From Felis catus (taxonomy: Eukaryota): a stretch of DNA of 64,000 nucleotides. This document shows, piece after piece, positions 61,196 to 64,000 of this stretch; position 1 is the first letter of the stretch, and every line of letters begins with the position of its first letter. A program made the translations under genes and the position numbers. The notes under the pieces were generated by a model. The model did not search any database. It saw only the letters and a program-made list of their open reading frames with translations, and was not told the DNA's origin. Where the stretch lies: NCBI RefSeq assembly GCF_018350175.1, contig NC_058368.1, positions 67,830,001 to 67,894,000 on the forward strand. The letters are read 5' to 3'.

Positions 61196-63076
61196 ATAGC
61201 CACCCCCCTTTTATAAAGTTTATTCATATTAGTTTCTTGGTTAAGATATCATTCCCTAACTCCAGGTCATTAAGAAACTCTCCTAGAGTTTTACTGTCTG
61301 CCTTTTCATTTTTGTAGTTTGTATTTTTGTGGCTACATCCTACTTTTATAATCTTATAAACATGTATCGCTAGTGTGCGTGTTTGCACCAGTCAGACCAG
61401 GATCCAGAATTCCACCTGTAGACCATTTCTCCATGAAATTCATTCATACTCAGCATCTTTGTGAGCTAGTACATTTTGCAGGATTTTACTTGGGCAGGTG
61501 GAATCGGTGGTAAGGAGGAATTACATGGAGGTACCATTGCTCACGTATCCCACCAAGCCCCCAGGGAGTATAATCTCACCTCATCTCTATTTCTTTCCTG
61601 GAGAATAGCCCCGCCATGGTGATCTGTTTCCTCCAGACTCCTCAAGTCTGGTAAATAAAATTTCCCATCTCATTACAATTTTTTAAAAATCCTTTATTGG
61701 CTTATATAGACTGTATTAACTGGATGGCGTCTGAGGTGAGCTACCTATGCCCCAAGACGATTGTTTTAAAGGAGATTATTAAATACTGTGGATGTGCATT
61801 ATTGAGGGCCCAGAACTGGTCTAAATTTAACTGAGCCTGGAGCTGTGAGTAGTTAACCTTGTGACCTGAAGATCTCTTTAGTTAGCATAATTAGGAGATC
61901 TCCAGATCGTGGAAATATCCATCTCTAAAATTTTAAAAAGGAAATCGAGCCAGGGGTTTTATTATTTGAAAGTGAATGAAGGTGACCACGATGGCTTTAA
62001 GAGCAAAATGAGGAACTGGAGGTTTGGACCATTGAGAGGCAGCTGAATTCTGAGGAAGAGAGAGACATGTTGCCGAGCATGTGAGCTGAGCAGTAGCAGA
62101 GACGGTGCCGGCCGGTGTGCAGTTTGGCCGGTGAATCATTTCCAATCCCCACCTCTTCGCTCACCTCCACTCCACCTCCAGAGCCATTTTGTCCGTGTGG
62201 GAGGCAGGGGGAAGGGTGTTCGGAGATGAGGGAAGGTGTCCGGGAGAGGTGAGGTTGGTGGCAAAGGCAGCTCTCTCAGTCTAAATGTCTGCGTTGCCAC
62301 AGCAGCTTCCAAACACCCCGGGCCTGGTTTGTCCAATTTGTGTCAGCGGCGCGTAAGCGGCATTCCTCGAAGAAGCAGGAAGCTGTTTGTGTGATGTGTC
62401 GCTTGCGAACGCACGGCCTTCAGCTCACCCAGTGAGTAGTAATTCCTGGGTGCTAATGGGTAATGAGACACAACTCGGATGGCTTGGAAAGAAAATCATT
62501 GGTCACGCCATTAAATTGAATTCGAGATGTGAACTGCCCGTGGCAGTAGCTATATCCAGCCAATCATGTAAAGAAATGTTGCCCTTCCCAAGTGTGGCTC
62601 GTCAGAATCATTTCTGGGGGATATGAAATTGTAGGTAGTCTCTTCCAGTAATTGTGGGAAATGAATATGAGAGAAGACTTAATGGAAGGCTACAACGTGG
62701 CACGTTCAAATTTGTTCTCTAAAATGTTTTATTGCTTTATGTTTGCGGTTGTTAAAAGCACCTTTTCTTCTGGGCTTTCTGTCTTTCTGTGTTTTTTGGT
62801 GTGTTTTTAATTATTTTAGTCAAAGGAATACATGCTTCCTGTCGAAGATTTAGGAAGGCGAAGGATGAACGTAGAGCGTCACGATTAGGACATGGGTTAT
62901 GATTTGTCGGTTTCTTTCCGGCTTTGTGTTTTTAGGTGTGTTACTTAGACCTCTCTCTGCTGAGTTTTTCTTCTTTTTAGTGGGGTCCGTAATCTCTACA
63001 CACAGGGTTGTTGTGAGGACTGAGACGGTTGCTGGCCTTAACAGTTGGTAGCTATTATTATTTTGGCCCATTTATG

Positions 63077-63340
63077 GGAAGCAGTAGAGAAGAGTGGTTA
63101 AGAGACTCTTCTGGAGCCAACTGCCTGGGCTCAAACCCCGTTTCTGCCACTTCCTAGCATCATACTCTTTGAGACAAATTCCTTTATTTCTCAGTGTCTC
63201 TGTTTTCTCATCCATAAAAATGGGGATAATAATAGTATTTAATCATAAATTTGTTCTGAGAATTGTATATATTTATATACATAAACAACATAGAATAGCA
63301 CCTACTATGTGTATAGTAAGTAAATGTTAACTATTATCAC
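63077..63340 (+). mobile_element. Near full-length MIR
   Basis: gtggttaagag...ctggagccaactgcctgggctcaaacccc...ctgttttctcatccataaaaatggggataataatagta...taaatgttaactattat. Confidence 0.88.
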
Positions 63341-64000
63341 TACTGTGCAATTTCTGGGCAGTCAGGGCTGACATTCTAGCATATTTTATTTGTTTGTGTC
63401 GCAGATAAACTTTTTGTTCTGCTTTGGCACATAACCCGCACCTGTGAGCTGTCCTTTTAATGACCACATAATATTCCACTGAGTAGGCACTCCATGAGTC
63501 ACTGAGCCTCAGTACCGGCCCTTTAAAGTGTGTTCCCTCCCCCACCCCCTCTCTGATAAATAATAGAGAAATATTACGGTACATAGCATGTGTTGAAAAT
63601 TCTGATCATTTCCCCAAAGTGGAGATTCATCTTAAATTTGACAATACTTCATATCTACAAAGAAGTATAGAAAATAATCTGACACACAACCAGATTCACC
63701 CAAACTAACATGTTACTATATTTACTTGTGGTTCATCCTTTGCTAAGAAATGATGTCATCACGGGTGGGGAGGGGTGAGAGAGGTGGTGGTGGGGGACAC
63801 AGTCTGGAAGACACTTCCTCTTAGAGTTGAAGGCTGTCTCCATCCCAGACCCCTCCCTCCTACCACAGAGGTGACATTCTACGGTATATTAACCTGGTCT
63901 AAGCATGCGTAATCTGCAGCTTCCTGTGTTCCCTGAGCATACTAGGACAGGTTGCCATTTTCAAAGGGACTTTTACTAAAAATAAAGGGAAACCAAAAGT

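Overview
Repeat-rich mammalian genomic DNA, almost certainly from a cat-family carnivore, judged from near-consensus tRNA-derived CanSINE/SINEC elements of the felid type and felid-type LINE-1 3' ends. I recognise no host protein-coding exon, tRNA, rRNA or CRISPR array; every long ORF I can interpret is transposon- or microsatellite-derived. Main contents: 19 SINEC copies (16 on the minus strand); a full-length but decayed ~6.9 kb L1 (31653-38611, minus) inserted in an L2 and itself hit by a SINE; a young 5'-truncated L1 with an intact ORF2 C-terminus (13898-15325) 21 bp from an ERV1-type solo LTR; a young L1 3' tip in inverted orientation (19380-19769); MaLR (MLT1) LTRs; MER20B-like and MADE2-like DNA transposons; many MIR, L2 and old L1M relics; a protein-recognisable RTE-clade LINE fossil (~42150-42750); and several microsatellites and local tandem duplications. 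The strand bias suggests a large intron of a plus-strand gene (inference). The most interesting stretches are a ~180 bp motif-repeating, inverted-repeat element at 49854-50031 (tentatively MER121-like), RFX X-box matches, an L1-borne CTCF motif and a CpG-retaining unique segment near 62.1-62.6 kb. I see no evidence of a new multi-gene system. Repeat family names come from my recognition of consensus sequences, not from a database search, and boundaries of old repeats are approximate.
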